Part shown: one piece after another, positions 27,020 to 39,100 of the stretch
How the letters are laid out: each line of letters begins with the position of its first letter
Numbering within the stretch: the first letter of the stretch is position 1
NCBI GenBank assembly: GCA_002633005.1
Contig: NMRA01000543.1
Location: 25,188 to 89,187 of the forward strand
Direction: 5' to 3'
Source of the DNA: Phoronis australis
Lineage: Eukaryota > Animalia > Phoronida
DNA: 64,000 nt
Notes under the pieces: model-generated
Told to the model about the DNA's origin: nothing
What the model saw: only the letters and a program-made list of their open reading frames with translations
Databases searched by the model: none
Position numbers and translations under genes: made by a program

Positions 27020-28480
27020 ATTTAACCCTGAAATTGCAAATCGTATAATAGTCTGATATGAAATGGTATACATGGAAATGTTCTGGAGGTGGTGAAATGG
27101 CTGTACCAAAAGTTGTAATAGTGTGTAAGGGTTCATGGTCTGCATACTGATACACATGTGTAGTTGTAACGCAGGTGTTAGACAGGGGTGCATCCTTGGT
27201 CTCTTTTTGTTTACATTGTTTTTTAAATGAACTGGTTGTGATGTAGAAAGATTCTTCATGTTCTGTTGTTTTTATTGATTCATAGTCACCTGATATTTCA
27301 TGCTTATTGTATGCCGACGATACAGCGACCATTTCGTCTACTCCCAACAACCCGCAAAAACAAATTCGAGTTTTTGAAAATTTCTATTTGAATGGATATT
27401 AATATGTCTAAAACTAATATCGTGGTCTTTCCGAATGCCAATTTTTTAATAGTTCTATCTTACACGTATCTTGGCAGTATTTCATCCCGCCTTGTGTGGA
27501 CTAGAAATACCGATGAACTAGCCGTGAAGGCAAAAAAGTTAGTTCACAACATTGTTCGGCTTGGCAGATATATTAGTGGTTTAGATGTTGTGACTGCTCT
27601 AACAATCTTTGATAAAGTGATAACACCAATTCTTATGTATGGTGCTGAGGTTTGGGGATTTCAGCAATACAGCTCCATAGAAAACATACAAATTATATTT
27701 TTGTAAATACGTATTGAGAGTCGGCTCAAAAACTACCAACGCCGCTGTAGTTGGTGAACTAGGTCGATATCCATTGTATGTTAAGTACTTTACGTTGCGT
27801 TAAATACTGGTTACTATTGCAAGAAGTGCCAGATTATAGATATACCAGAAAATCCTATATTAAGTTGAAGTTATTAAATGACTGTGGTAGGAAAACCTGG
27901 GCCACTTGTCTCAAAAATTGACTGCAGGGTTATGGTATTGGCTTTGTTTGGTCACAACAAAATGTTGCCGATATTTGTGCCTTTTTGGAAATATTTACTC
28001 AGAGAACTTGTACGTTTGCTGAGTTGCGTAAGACCTTAAAAGTTGCTCCATATATGTAAGTTATAAAATGTGAAATTCGCAGGTAAATAACTAAAATACG
28101 TTGTTCTTCTCATACTCTTGAAATCGAAGTGGCGCGAGGAAAAGTGGGTAGATAATTAAGACTGCAAATATTGCAAGAAATTTAATTGTGATAAACTGAA
28201 GACGAATTTCACATCTTAACAAGATACTTTCTGCATGATCACTTGAGGATCCAATTTGTTCCACAATCATCACAATGTGATACTATATCCTTTTTAAGTT
28301 ACACGAATAACGTTTCAAGTACCTTGTTGCTTAAAATTTATCAGGAAAGCTTTTCTCATAAGAACTAGTGTCTAACTGTTTCATCTTCTTTTTTCACACA
28401 CCAGTGCGTCTCTTTATATATTGTTGCGTACTATGGGCCTCCAGCCTTTTATGTACGAAGAATAAAGAAATTGGGAATTG
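27020..28480 (+). mobile_element. 5'-truncated, decayed non-LTR retrotransposon (RT core to 3' end)
   Basis: Frameshifted RT motifs: GVRQGCIL..LF.LFLNEL (~27174), LLYADD (~27304), INMSKT, YTYLG, PILMYGAEVWG, ELGRYP, a C-terminal EDEFH-like motif, then AATAAA and a short repeat tail (~28461). Clade not assigned with certainty. Confidence 0.85.
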
Positions 28481-28658
28481 GAAAACGGTGGGTGTACCCA
28501 TTGCCTGTGTCGTGAGTTGCCGGCTCATTCATAACTAATTTCCCCAAACAAATCTTTAACATACGTATGACATACGATGGAAATATTCGTCAAAAACATA
28601 TTTATTACAATCTCCACAACTGTGACTAGCTATTCGGGTTTTCCAATGACTGGTTTAA

Positions 28659-30977
28659 CTAAAGTATCTTCCATGCTATAGCATCGGAAATTATTTCAAG
28701 CATTCGGTTTCTTTTAAAAGCATCCTGGTCACAATCCTTAACGTTAGGCACACGGTGCAACGGCAAGAATATAAACTCATTAACCACTCCAATCTTCATT
28801 GACTTGCGATACAGATCCCGTAAAACGACAGGACTAAATTCTGGGAAACCAAGTCCCATTTGTCCAAGGCACTCGTGGAAGCAGTCAAGGTAGTAATCGA
28901 GTAACTTATCGAGGAACTGATCGCGGAAACATCTTGAAGTGCTGCTGATCATAAAACGAGCAAGATCCACTGTCGGCAAGCAATATCGCATCATCTGTAA
29001 GTCGACGAATTTCATCTTTACTGGTCGTTGCTGATCGTCATATTTAAACATTGTATTTCTGTACCACAGGTCACCATGGCATATGACGCTATAGGGCTCT
29101 ACTGGTTTGGACAGGGATCTGAATTCAGTTCGTAGATTACAGTTGGCTATCCCTTCAGCACCACGAATGATGTTCTGATCATCAGTCATAGACTTCACAA
29201 TCTCTGCACTCTGGACAGCCAATTGCTGAAACCACGGCTGCAGTGCGTCCATTATGGTGTCGTTATAGAATGGTTCACTTTTTATGTAACTGAGTTCCCT
29301 GCTGAACTTCTCTTCGCAGTTTTTCTTCAGTGCATATGACGTTGAGTGAAGCTTTGCCATCTCTTTAACGACCAGGGCGCAGTGAGAGTAATCCAAATTG
29401 ATTCCATCGTGTGGCGTTGAAAACCCACTCTGCATCAAGTCTTCCATAACCAGCAACCATGTCTTGTCGTCTCTGGCGTGAAAAGAATAAAACTTTGGGA
29501 AAGGAAATGTCAGATCACTGCCCAGAACCTGTTGAGTGAAAGACGCCAAGCACGGTATTGTTTTCTCGTAGCTTTCCGTTTCTCTTCTGAACACGTTTAC
29601 GTTCTCCAGCATAAATGGTTGCGCCCACACATCTGGCGGGCTCATTTTAATGAAAAGGTTCAATGTCTCTTCAGTTTTGCAGTGTTTGACTATAGCCTCA
29701 CAAGTGACGCATACACTCAAGTGACCTAAAACATATAGGAAGAGGGTAACAAAAACAACAGCTCTTTGATAATTATGGAATACCTCAGAAATATCTCTTT
29801 TGAAAGGCTGTTGTTTCAGAGGACGTTTCGAAGGACTTGATCTAATTCAATACGTAGTCACACCGATCTAGTTAGCAGGATCTCCCAATCAAGGAAAACG
29901 AATAGGAAATGATCGACTAGCGTTGTACAATCTAAGCAAAAAGAATCTGTGGACGACACAAAATTTTGGTCAAAGTTGTCCGTTCAGTTCTGACCGTCCT
30001 TCGAGCTGAGACGAGTCTGATTAAGAACCAGTTTGGTGAGGCAGGGCTGCAAGACACAAAATGTTTGGAAATTTGAAATATTATTTTAATTCGTTGACAG
30101 TTGCTGTTTCATAGTCGAAAAGTCGCAAAGGTGCGGGAGTTGTGGTTTCGGCTCAAGATCAGAATTCTTAAACTCGTAACTCCCTTCGTGGGTAAGCACA
30201 TGCGTGAGATAATTAATTGGACAGTCACTTTCCATCCGTAGTTGTTTGTTGTCACTTAGGTTATGTTGATGATCTCTAACAGCAGGATACTCACTTAGGA
30301 CTAAATCACAATCAGAACGGTACACGTGTTGTGATGCCTTATCAGTCCAAACGACCCTTGAAAGTGTGCGTACGGCTTAGACTTCGTTTGCAAAGAGCAA
30401 AGGCAGCTTCCAAATTGCTAAGATGATTACATGAAAGTTTCTGACTTTTTGTGGCATGCTTAAGTTCGTAGCCTTGTTTTATGCTGAAAAAGTGTAATGA
30501 GACCAGTGGAGTACGCTGCAACTAGATAATATAAAATTGCCACCGTCTTCAGTCACCACGGAGGCGGAGTAACACGGCCGGGCATCGTGCTAACGACTAC
30601 TAAATCCTGCTGCTAATCACCTTCATACTTCATCTGGAATATTTTATGTGCCTCTAATGTTATCGTGGGTGTCATTTGAGCTTTCAAAACTCCGATCTCT
30701 TACTTGGTGCATGGAAAGGACTTAACTGGGGTTTGTAAGTAATTCAGCTCAAGGGGATGTAGCCCTCAGGTAGCGATGGAACCTGTGAAGATTAGGGTTC
30801 ATTTAGCTTTATCGGCCATAGATCCGCCACTGCACAAAACCGAATTTGCTTACCTAAACTGAATGGCTTTGAAAGAGTAAATTCTAATACTTCATTCAGT
30901 CCTACATCTTCTGACGATCTCAGTGCCTTCTGAAGAAATTCCTTGTTGATGAAACTAACGTCTTGTTCTTTCTCCAT
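28659..30977 (-). CDS. Ecdysteroid kinase-like (EcKL / CHK kinase-like, APH/choline kinase fold) protein, ~396 aa, 2 exons
   Basis: join(complement(30854..30977), complement(28659..29725)) with a phase-1 GT-AG intron, giving MEKEQDVSFINKEFLQKALR...KPFSLG|HLSVCV. Motifs: LFIK, FRRETESY, FPKFY, LLVMEDL, MAKLHSTS, ICHGDLWYRNTMF (Brenner-type HGD..N), FVDLQMMRY, DLARF. Confidence 0.9.
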
Positions 30978-32343
30978 GGCTGAGCATTCCAAATGAGACC
31001 AAGGATTATGACAGCGGGTTAGATAACCACTGACCTGAGCGAATGGTTATCAATATAGGTCAGGAAAATATTAAATACGTTCGGGAGCATCGGAGTGTAC
31101 AGGTTAGATTTGAGCTTCAAATAGCTCGCTCACCTCGTTGAAAATTTGTCGATTAATGGGGGTCACAATGATGGTTATTAAATGTACACCAGTACAATAC
31201 CTTATTCATTTTCAGTTCTGAATCATTAGTAGAAAATCAGAGTAATGAACTGTCGGAGTTCTGGCTTTGCAATTGTAGACATTCGAAGTGGTGAACTTTC
31301 GAAGGTAGCGAACCTTCGGAGTAGTGAGCCCTCGGTCATGTACATGTAACCTTGGAAATCTTTTCTATCAAAATTGTTGCTCGTATGAAATCTACGGGGC
31401 TGTGCACCAGTGACATTGATTGACAAGAGAAGACTTTCTTCATTGACCAAGGTTTTAATGAGGTCTAGACTTACCAAAACACGGGGATTTTTCAGTGCAA
31501 GAAAACGCGGTAGCAAAATGTCTGATTTTTGAGAAACAACAGAGTAGTCAGTGAACATACCGTCGGCGTGTACTGAATTTAAAAGAACAGAAACGCACAC
31601 ACTTTTACACGCATGCATGTCAATCCACCAATCCACAATCAAAGTGGACACTTGATGATCAAGATGTTTGGCAATCACTTTAAATTCCAAATTTGAAATA
31701 AATGCCTGCAATTAATCAAAACTGTGCTAGAAAGAACACCAAAGTAGCAAATAACAAACCCATTTTCTGCTGTTGTGTTTCTTGGTCGATTTTAAAAGCA
31801 TTCACACCGCACTACTTTTGGGGATCTCTCTCGATGCTATAAAGTTTGAGCTAGGCATAGACATTTACTTCTAGACTTCCTTGTTACCCTATGGTGTAGA
31901 GACCTAGCGCTTTCAATGCCGATGAATAACATAAAGCCTCCTCTAATCGTCATCTACGCAGTCACCACTGGGGCCGGATAGGACCCTATGATTATGTGAA
32001 GCGCTTTACATCAGAACTAAATTCAAAATTAATATTAACTTGGTTATGATTGTGGTTAGTACAACTTGCAGTTACAACATTTGTTGTCCATTTAGTAAAC
32101 CCTGTCTTATCCTATCGGATAGGCTAGGACTGTACCCAAGTTTTCCTCGGAGGGGGGGGGGTTCGATCGAACCCTTCGAACCCCCCTTGCTATGGGCCAG
32201 CCTGGCCCATAGCAAGGGGGTCTGACTATTGTACTTAAAGATGATATTTGACTGATAGTTGAAACATCGTTTCCGTCGTTTTTTGTTTTCCACTTTTTAC
32301 TTATATTTTTTCGGTAAAAAACTAAAGCAGTTTTATCTTTCAG

Positions 32344-32465
32344 ATGTTCTCTTGTTGTACGGAGGTGTAGCGCATTTGCACAACAAAGCGCATGTCGACT
32401 GTTGGCAGCGAGTTTTGACTTTTCTAAACAAACATCTGAGACAAAGCAGCAAATGTAACAGCTAA
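32344..32465 (+). pseudogene. Orphan duplicate of the terminal exon (plus 3' UTR) of the ACOT/BAAT-like gene
   Basis: Intact acceptor (ttttatctttcag) followed by [39 protein letters not shown], versus [34 protein letters not shown] at 49630-49736. 3' UTR similarity continues to ~32590 (atattcctgttacttcatggat; atctcttgctt.tgatgacgtg). I found no upstream partner exons. Confidence 0.8.
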
Positions 32466-32791
32466 ATAATATTCCTGTTACTTCATGGATTTACATTGAA
32501 ATGCCAGCCCAACAGTACCGTGCCACGAATCTCTTGCTTATGATGACGTGGAGGCAAGGACAATGCTGAGAGACACTTGCCAAGTTGTTGGGAACACTAA
32601 ACTGATGAGGTTCTCCATGCGGATATCACCCACTTCATGAGAATGAGACGTGTGCTGGACTGAATATTTGCACATCCCGTGTCCAAATCTCGTTCTCAAT
32701 AGGCCTATGAAGTGTTGTTGTCATGCATTTGGCTGATCGGGTTGTTTTTGGGTGAATTTATTGCGCCACTTCTGTCCAATATCACACTTAA

Positions 32792-34482
32792 AGGATAATG
32801 CCACCCGATTTAATTAGTCTTTTTTGCCGTCTTAATCGGTCTATATCCACATCGCCTCGCATACGGTCGACCTTACCTCGCCAAGAGTTGTCGCGTTAAC
32901 CTGTGAGGAAGGTGAGATACGACGATAGCGACGTCAGTGGTTCATATGCAGAGTGAATGTCGCTATGTTGCGGTGCATCGTTCCCGCTTGTCCGAACTAA
33001 GCAGCTTCCAGGAAAGCGGGTATATAGTTTTTTTTTACTTCCTCGAGAGTCCGAAATGCTTAGGAAGTGGCTTATGGTAGTGAATAATGAAATGTACGCT
33101 GTAAATAGCAAGCATGAGGCCGTGAAACATCTCCGTGTCTGTGGCCTGCAGACGTCGACAGTGCCTCACGAATGCCGGCTTACCAAATAACTCCATACGT
33201 TCCGTTGTCTGAGCTTGTTCACGGCGCCGTATTTCTTCATCACTGTATTCCTGTTCGAATTGATAGCCTGTAAAACTTAACGATCCACCTGCGAAGTTGG
33301 AACTGATGAGCTCTAGCTCTCGTCCTAAGTCGGGATTGCGAACACGGTTGCCATGTTGGCGTTTATTACTGAGTGTTCTGTTTCAAAATGAATTATTCTC
33401 ATCCTAACCAATACTTATATAAAACTGAAACAAAGTCTGTCTCATTAGATGCAATTTGTAATGCCTTTGGAGTTTTCGTGAGAGCAAATGATTTGAGAAG
33501 CCAGCAATGAATAAATCACTGCGTTGCCGGCTTTAGGTGCAATAAAACTAATTGACGGGTCACCGAGGCCGTGTTAGCTCATGCTAATTTAGTGCCTTTT
33601 TGCTGGCAGAAACTGTTGTGAAACAACTCAATTTCCATCCCACGGCCAGGTGTTAGGGGAATCTTTATTTACATTTACATTACTCAAATAATGATTGTCA
33701 ATGTACAACTTCTGCCGTGACGGCGCTGTGGCCAAAGCGGAACCTGAATTCGCGGCCCCCGACGAGTAAGTAGATTTGCAGTTTCGTGGCTAATTCACCA
33801 ACATAATCACGTGCACATTACTTAGGCTCACTATTATAGTATTTTCTTGACTGGAAGTTTAGTTTCCACTGAACTTTGACTGGTTTATGTTCGTGATGTT
33901 TGATAAGTTTCCGAGCCACTGGCCGGGATAACGAGACAATCCGGCCAGCCGCGACGGGCCTGATCGGGCTCCGAGCCACTGGCCAGGATAACAAGCGTTT
34001 AGTGTTCAGAACTAAAAAAATCATAAGTCTAAACAACATAGATCTAGGTTCTCCTGTCTGTATCTCACGGAAAATACTTCGAAATTATCTCCGAACAGAC
34101 CCCAAACTCCTGCTACGGACCCGCTTTATTGGCCTGCCGAACTTTGTAGGCTACGGTGTGTCCAAATACCAATAAATCCGTAAGAGCGAAATAAAACAAC
34201 ACGTTTTTATAAGAACTCGGTGTATTTTTAAGGGTTTTACATCGAACTTTGATGATTTATTGGTGTTAAACGATGACTTCAAGCGATAAGCTGACACCAG
34301 TAACCCGTGTTGTGAACTGCTGAACAGACTGCGTGTGAAACCGATGACGTCATTGGATAATTTCAACACCCCCGTCTGCCGTCAGGTGTCAGGTAACGCA
34401 ACCGTACGTGTCGGCGTTATGGAGTAGAACTACTCGATCTAAATTGATACAAATTAGGTTGTTTTTTGGGTGGCATGCTCCT
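32792..34482 (+). mobile_element. Non-autonomous Kolobok-like THAP element (copy 2, intergenic)
   Basis: TTAA|AGGATAATGCCACCC...GGGTGGCATGCTCCT|TTAA. Colinear with 19049-20742 over its full length; the THAP frame is disrupted (LPRESEMLRKW...KHLRVC). Confidence 0.85.
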
Positions 34483-34889
34483 TTAAGAGCTATGTGGAAG
34501 CATAAAAAGTCCACTGGGTGAGCATAGTCATGGCAACCAAGTCTGGCACTGAACTGCCAGGTACGCCAAGCTTGCCAAAGCTGGGGTTGACTGAGACTGG
34601 CGTCAGTAACACTGGCCTAGATAAAATTTTCCGAAGGGTGTTGATAAGAGCAATAGCTGTTGCAAATGTTCTCTATCATTTGCGCGCACTCATCATGGCA
34701 AGAAGATTTTACAGGTTACGGGTTACACAACAATTTCAAGAAGCATTTTGACCTTCAGACAGCCGTGTAAGGAAGGCCGATAACCGGGTCCTAAATAAAT
34801 AGTCTATCTAAATTTACTACGTGATCCAACTGTTGCCAGCCGACTAGAACGACGTCTTTCGTTAAAATGTAAATAACCAGTATAAAAAT

Positions 34890-34961
34890 CATGGGCGGCG
34901 CACCTTAGGGGGCTGGGGGGGGCTATAGCCCCCTACTTTTTTCAGTGCTGCACCGCCCATG
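34890..34961. mobile_element. 72-bp MITE with CATGGGCGG TIRs and 5-bp TSD
   Basis: AAAAT|CATGGGCGG...CCGCCCATG|AAAAT. Confidence 0.7.
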
Positions 34962-35399
34962 AAAATGGAATACGACTTTTTGCAGTAACCATAACCTTTA
35001 TTGGGCAGAACGAATAACACAAAATCTTGTCACATTGTTAGCCTTCTGTATATGTATACAAATAATTATTTAGGTTTCAAACGGGTAAAAGTTTTTGTTT
35101 ATGAGCGCTGTCTGGTGGCAGGTGCGAAAAAGCTATTGATGTTCTATTGGTAAATTACATTTTCACGAAAGACGTCACTCTAGTCGGTTGCCGCAGTGTT
35201 GACTTACGTTTTATTTTTCTTTTTTTATTTTTTTAATACATTTATTGCCCAGACAACATCACGTAGCCAGTCTGAGGTTGGGTGCCTCAGTTCTGGCTTT
35301 AACAAAAGTATATAATAGCGACTAATAGATATATAAGGCAATAATATGTAGCTGGAAAGGGGAAAGGGGAGCGGGGGAAGGACTTTCACGCGCCATTCA

Positions 35400-35402
<3 letters not shown>

Positions 35403-35434
<32 letters not shown>

Positions 35435-35437
35435 GCA

Positions 35438-35468
<31 letters not shown>

Positions 35469-35469
35469 G
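35403..35469 (+). repeat. Compound microsatellite (AC)n(GCAC)n(AC)n
   Basis: Directly visible. Confidence 0.95.
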
Positions 35470-36124
35470 CCGTGTTGAAATTATGTCTGGAGAAATTAGG
35501 TTCTATATAAATACGTACAAACATAAATACATATAAAAATAATAACAGTACAACTTTGATGATTTCTAGAATACTAATTAAAAGCATGCGTGCAGATCTC
35601 TCCATTTATCCATATTTGTGTCCGAGGTATCTGTTAAAATTATGTTTATAAAAGTTTGTAATTTCAACTTGAAATCCTTTGATGTCTGAGAGCTAATGCA
35701 TTACAGGAACAGTAACCGAGATCATGGGTCAACACAGGGTTACGACCTCCATATATCACAGATATTGTACATTTTTTTAGGACAATGGGCACCACTCGGG
35801 CAGAAACTTTATAACGCAGTGTTGACTTACGCAGTAAGTGGGTCAACTAGGGAAGTAGTAGTAATTTAGGTCATTGGTCTGGACAACCACCACTGTCGCT
35901 GCCTCCTTCGGCTTCGTGCCGACGCATCTCATTTCACTGCTTTCGTTTCGGCTGTGATGGTACATCATGCGCTGAATTGTACAATGCATATGCTTTGCCT
36001 ACTGTGCGAGACAACCATGTAATCTGAATCAACGAATCCTTGACGGCAACTCGGCAGGACTGGAGTCAAGTCGTTCAACTCAATTCGGCGTACGTACAGG
36101 TGTTTCCGAATCGGAAGTTTGAGG

Positions 36125-39100
36125 ATGCGAGGGTACTGCCGGAGATTGCTACGTAGACGCGTTTGTACCCTGCAATTGTTTGGTCAGAGTGTCAGATGTG
36201 TGCAGCTTGTTGTTCACCCTGAAGTTGATCTCATTGATAAACCGGTGAGTTGTCTGCATGCACGCCAAAGTGACGTAGGCCTAGTAGGCCTATGGCGCAA
36301 GCCCGCGGGGAGGGGTCGGTGACTCATATACAAGGTGCCCGCAGCGTGTACCAAAAATTGCGGGTAGGTGGTACTTTCGCAGCAAGCTTTGCGGGACCCG
36401 CGCGGGGTCCAATAGGCCCCTAAATTTCCACTTCATCCCCGCAAAAGGCCCACTGCATTGGCCTCAGCTCTGCAGAAGTTAGGCCTACGTCAGTCATTAG
36501 CCGGCCTACTGATTCGAAAAATCTTTACCCCACAAAAGGGGACGAGAATTAGCAGACCTGGTGCCCACAACAGGGGTCAAGGCGAATTAAGCCTGATATA
36601 AATCTTGTTAGACATAATTATCTTTATTTGACACAATTCTCGAATAATATCGTATATATTTCATAAATCTATTTATGTCAGACGTAAACAATATAATTCA
36701 TCCACCATTATCCTATTTGTAGCTAACATAAATTGTATTTATACCTGACATAAGTCGGCCAATGACGACCGTCAATACATTCAATGAGTCAACGGATTCG
36801 CTTCGACTTCTAGTTTCAGAAAATATATCCTACTAGGGGTTGGCAGTTGCTTCTTAATCTGGTGACATTTCATATGCACACGTACCCATAATTTCGCCAT
36901 GTACCGCATCTATGATTCACCTATTCGACGCAAGGTGACGGCATGGTCGAACAAAGAGAATTGAAAAGTTGATCTATCAGTGAACGAAGCAAACGCTTTG
37001 AATGTTATGTAAATTTATGTCAAATAGGTAAAGATCAAAGTGTCCGAACTGTCGCCGAAGCAGAAAATCACACTGCACGCTAGTCTAATTGAGGGCAAAA
37101 AACGATACAGCTCTGTCGGCTACTTCATCGCCAACTCGTCCGGTGAACTCGATGTTTCAGAGGCGCCCAGCGAAGGAGGAACGTACACGGGTATGTGTCT
37201 ACTATTAAAAACATGGAAGTCATTGCCTAGACGACGGGAACTTTAAATCGCCGCTATAAACTCGGGTATAGTGTCGAAGTAAATGGAATTTTGCTTTAAT
37301 TTGATTTAGACGCGAGTGCGTTCCGTAGGCCAAGAAACTAGCGCTGTACCTCGCTGGTTCCCTATATGTGGTATCACGCAGTGGCACCATAGACTATATG
37401 ACACGCGCTTTAGCATTGGTTGATGTAACGTCAGCAGTCATTGGTTAGCTTTACAACACCGTGAAAAAATGGCGGACTGTGAACGGTTTTTAGTCTTGTC
37501 ATGCAAGTGACGTCGCAGAAACTATTTCGTTTCTGCAGTGATGTTTAATAGCCGCGTGCTTGAAGCACATACATGTAGGCTACATGTATAATAAACAAAT
37601 ATCTGGCCAATTTAACCTGTGTGTTATTCATACGGTACGAATACAGGACAGTATCGTAAACAAAAGTCATCGACAGTAGAAAGATGCACTCCGAAAAGGC
37701 GCAACCTGAATTTCTAGGATCATTTCATGAACATAAATTTTAAGCACCGATTTTTCTCAGTGTTCAACAGACCACATTTACACTTCAGTACATCAGTCAT
37801 GCCAGTTTGTTTGCGTGAAGGCTGCCTGTTGAGAATTCGACTAGCCAATCAGAAACGTCGGTGTAAAACTAATTCCCAAGGAAAATTAAGTGATACCTGC
37901 GTGCTGGCTACTGACCACCTAGAGGCACGCAGGGAACCAGCGAGGCGCTATACTTCAGTCGGCGAGAAATCGTCTCAAATGGAACGGAAACGCTGAATTC
38001 TATCCCATAATTCAACATCCCAACCTCACCGACTAATCACTTTAATGGCCACCCCTTTGCTTAGGTATGCTAGTGAATACCTCAATTAGCATACTCTTGA
38101 AAACTCGTCTCGCCTGTGTGATTTTGAATGGTCTTGCTTTTTGCGAGGAGCGCACCGCTGTCAGATCTCCACTTTTTTCGTAACTTAGATGGGGATATTT
38201 TGCTGATTCGGAAAAAGCTAACAGTTCGTTATTGATTGACACATAGGCCTACAGTCTCGGTGCCTGAAGTGACCCGCAATAACGAACTATCAAATTTTTC
38301 CAAGCCCTGAAACCGTCTTTTAACTCAAAGGAACAACTTTTGAGACCAATTTCGTTAAGATTAGTTGTCTAAATTCAAAGTTTCTTTTTCTGGCGAGGGT
38401 GAGTTTAGAGTAACTTAAAGCTGACACAGAGTTGCCGAAGATTTTGGTTTAACCACAATTTCGTTTGTTTTCTTTTGTATTTCAGTTCGTGTTGTTCTCA
38501 TGAAGTATACGTTTTGGAATACGAAATCGTTTATGGTAGAAGCGTAAAACAAAGGCTAAATACATTTTAGCTAACCTCTGAATGTCAGTGTGCACAATCC
38601 TTTTGATGCGTTCACAAAAAGTAGTTTCATAGTCAGTGTTTCGTCCGTCTTCCATATGTCGTTACCATTGCTTATCCCTTGATTTTTTCAAAATCGCCTG
38701 TCGGGTCATGGTCGAATTCTGACGTTCAAAGCTTTATGGCGAGGGTGCTTCGTCAGCAGTTGGTTTTCTGATGGATTCGACTTCTTTGACACCCGCTGTT
38801 GGCCGTGTTAGTTTTCCACAAGTAATTCATTGTCCGTCAGTTTTTAGCGAAGCCAGGCCTGTCGAGTTTTGCCCCGAACGTGATGGAGATGCAAGTGGCG
38901 AGAGTGTGTCGGCACCCGTCGCTTTCAGATGTATTTGACTCTTCTAGTACACCGTTGCACGTTTTACTTTTCTACCAGAAATTCTGTGTCTCTCGATTTT
39001 TATCAAAATAACTTGATGAATGGTGGCTAAAGTAATCGAAATTCTGTTGCATGCACTAATTAACACACTCAGAAGCATAGTTATTGTTTGTGGTGCACTC

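Noticed and set aside
31226-31711. 161-aa minus-strand ORF upstream of EcKL
   Set aside because: Non-ATG start, no recognisable motif, and it includes short repeat-derived sequence (cgaaccttcgga-like).
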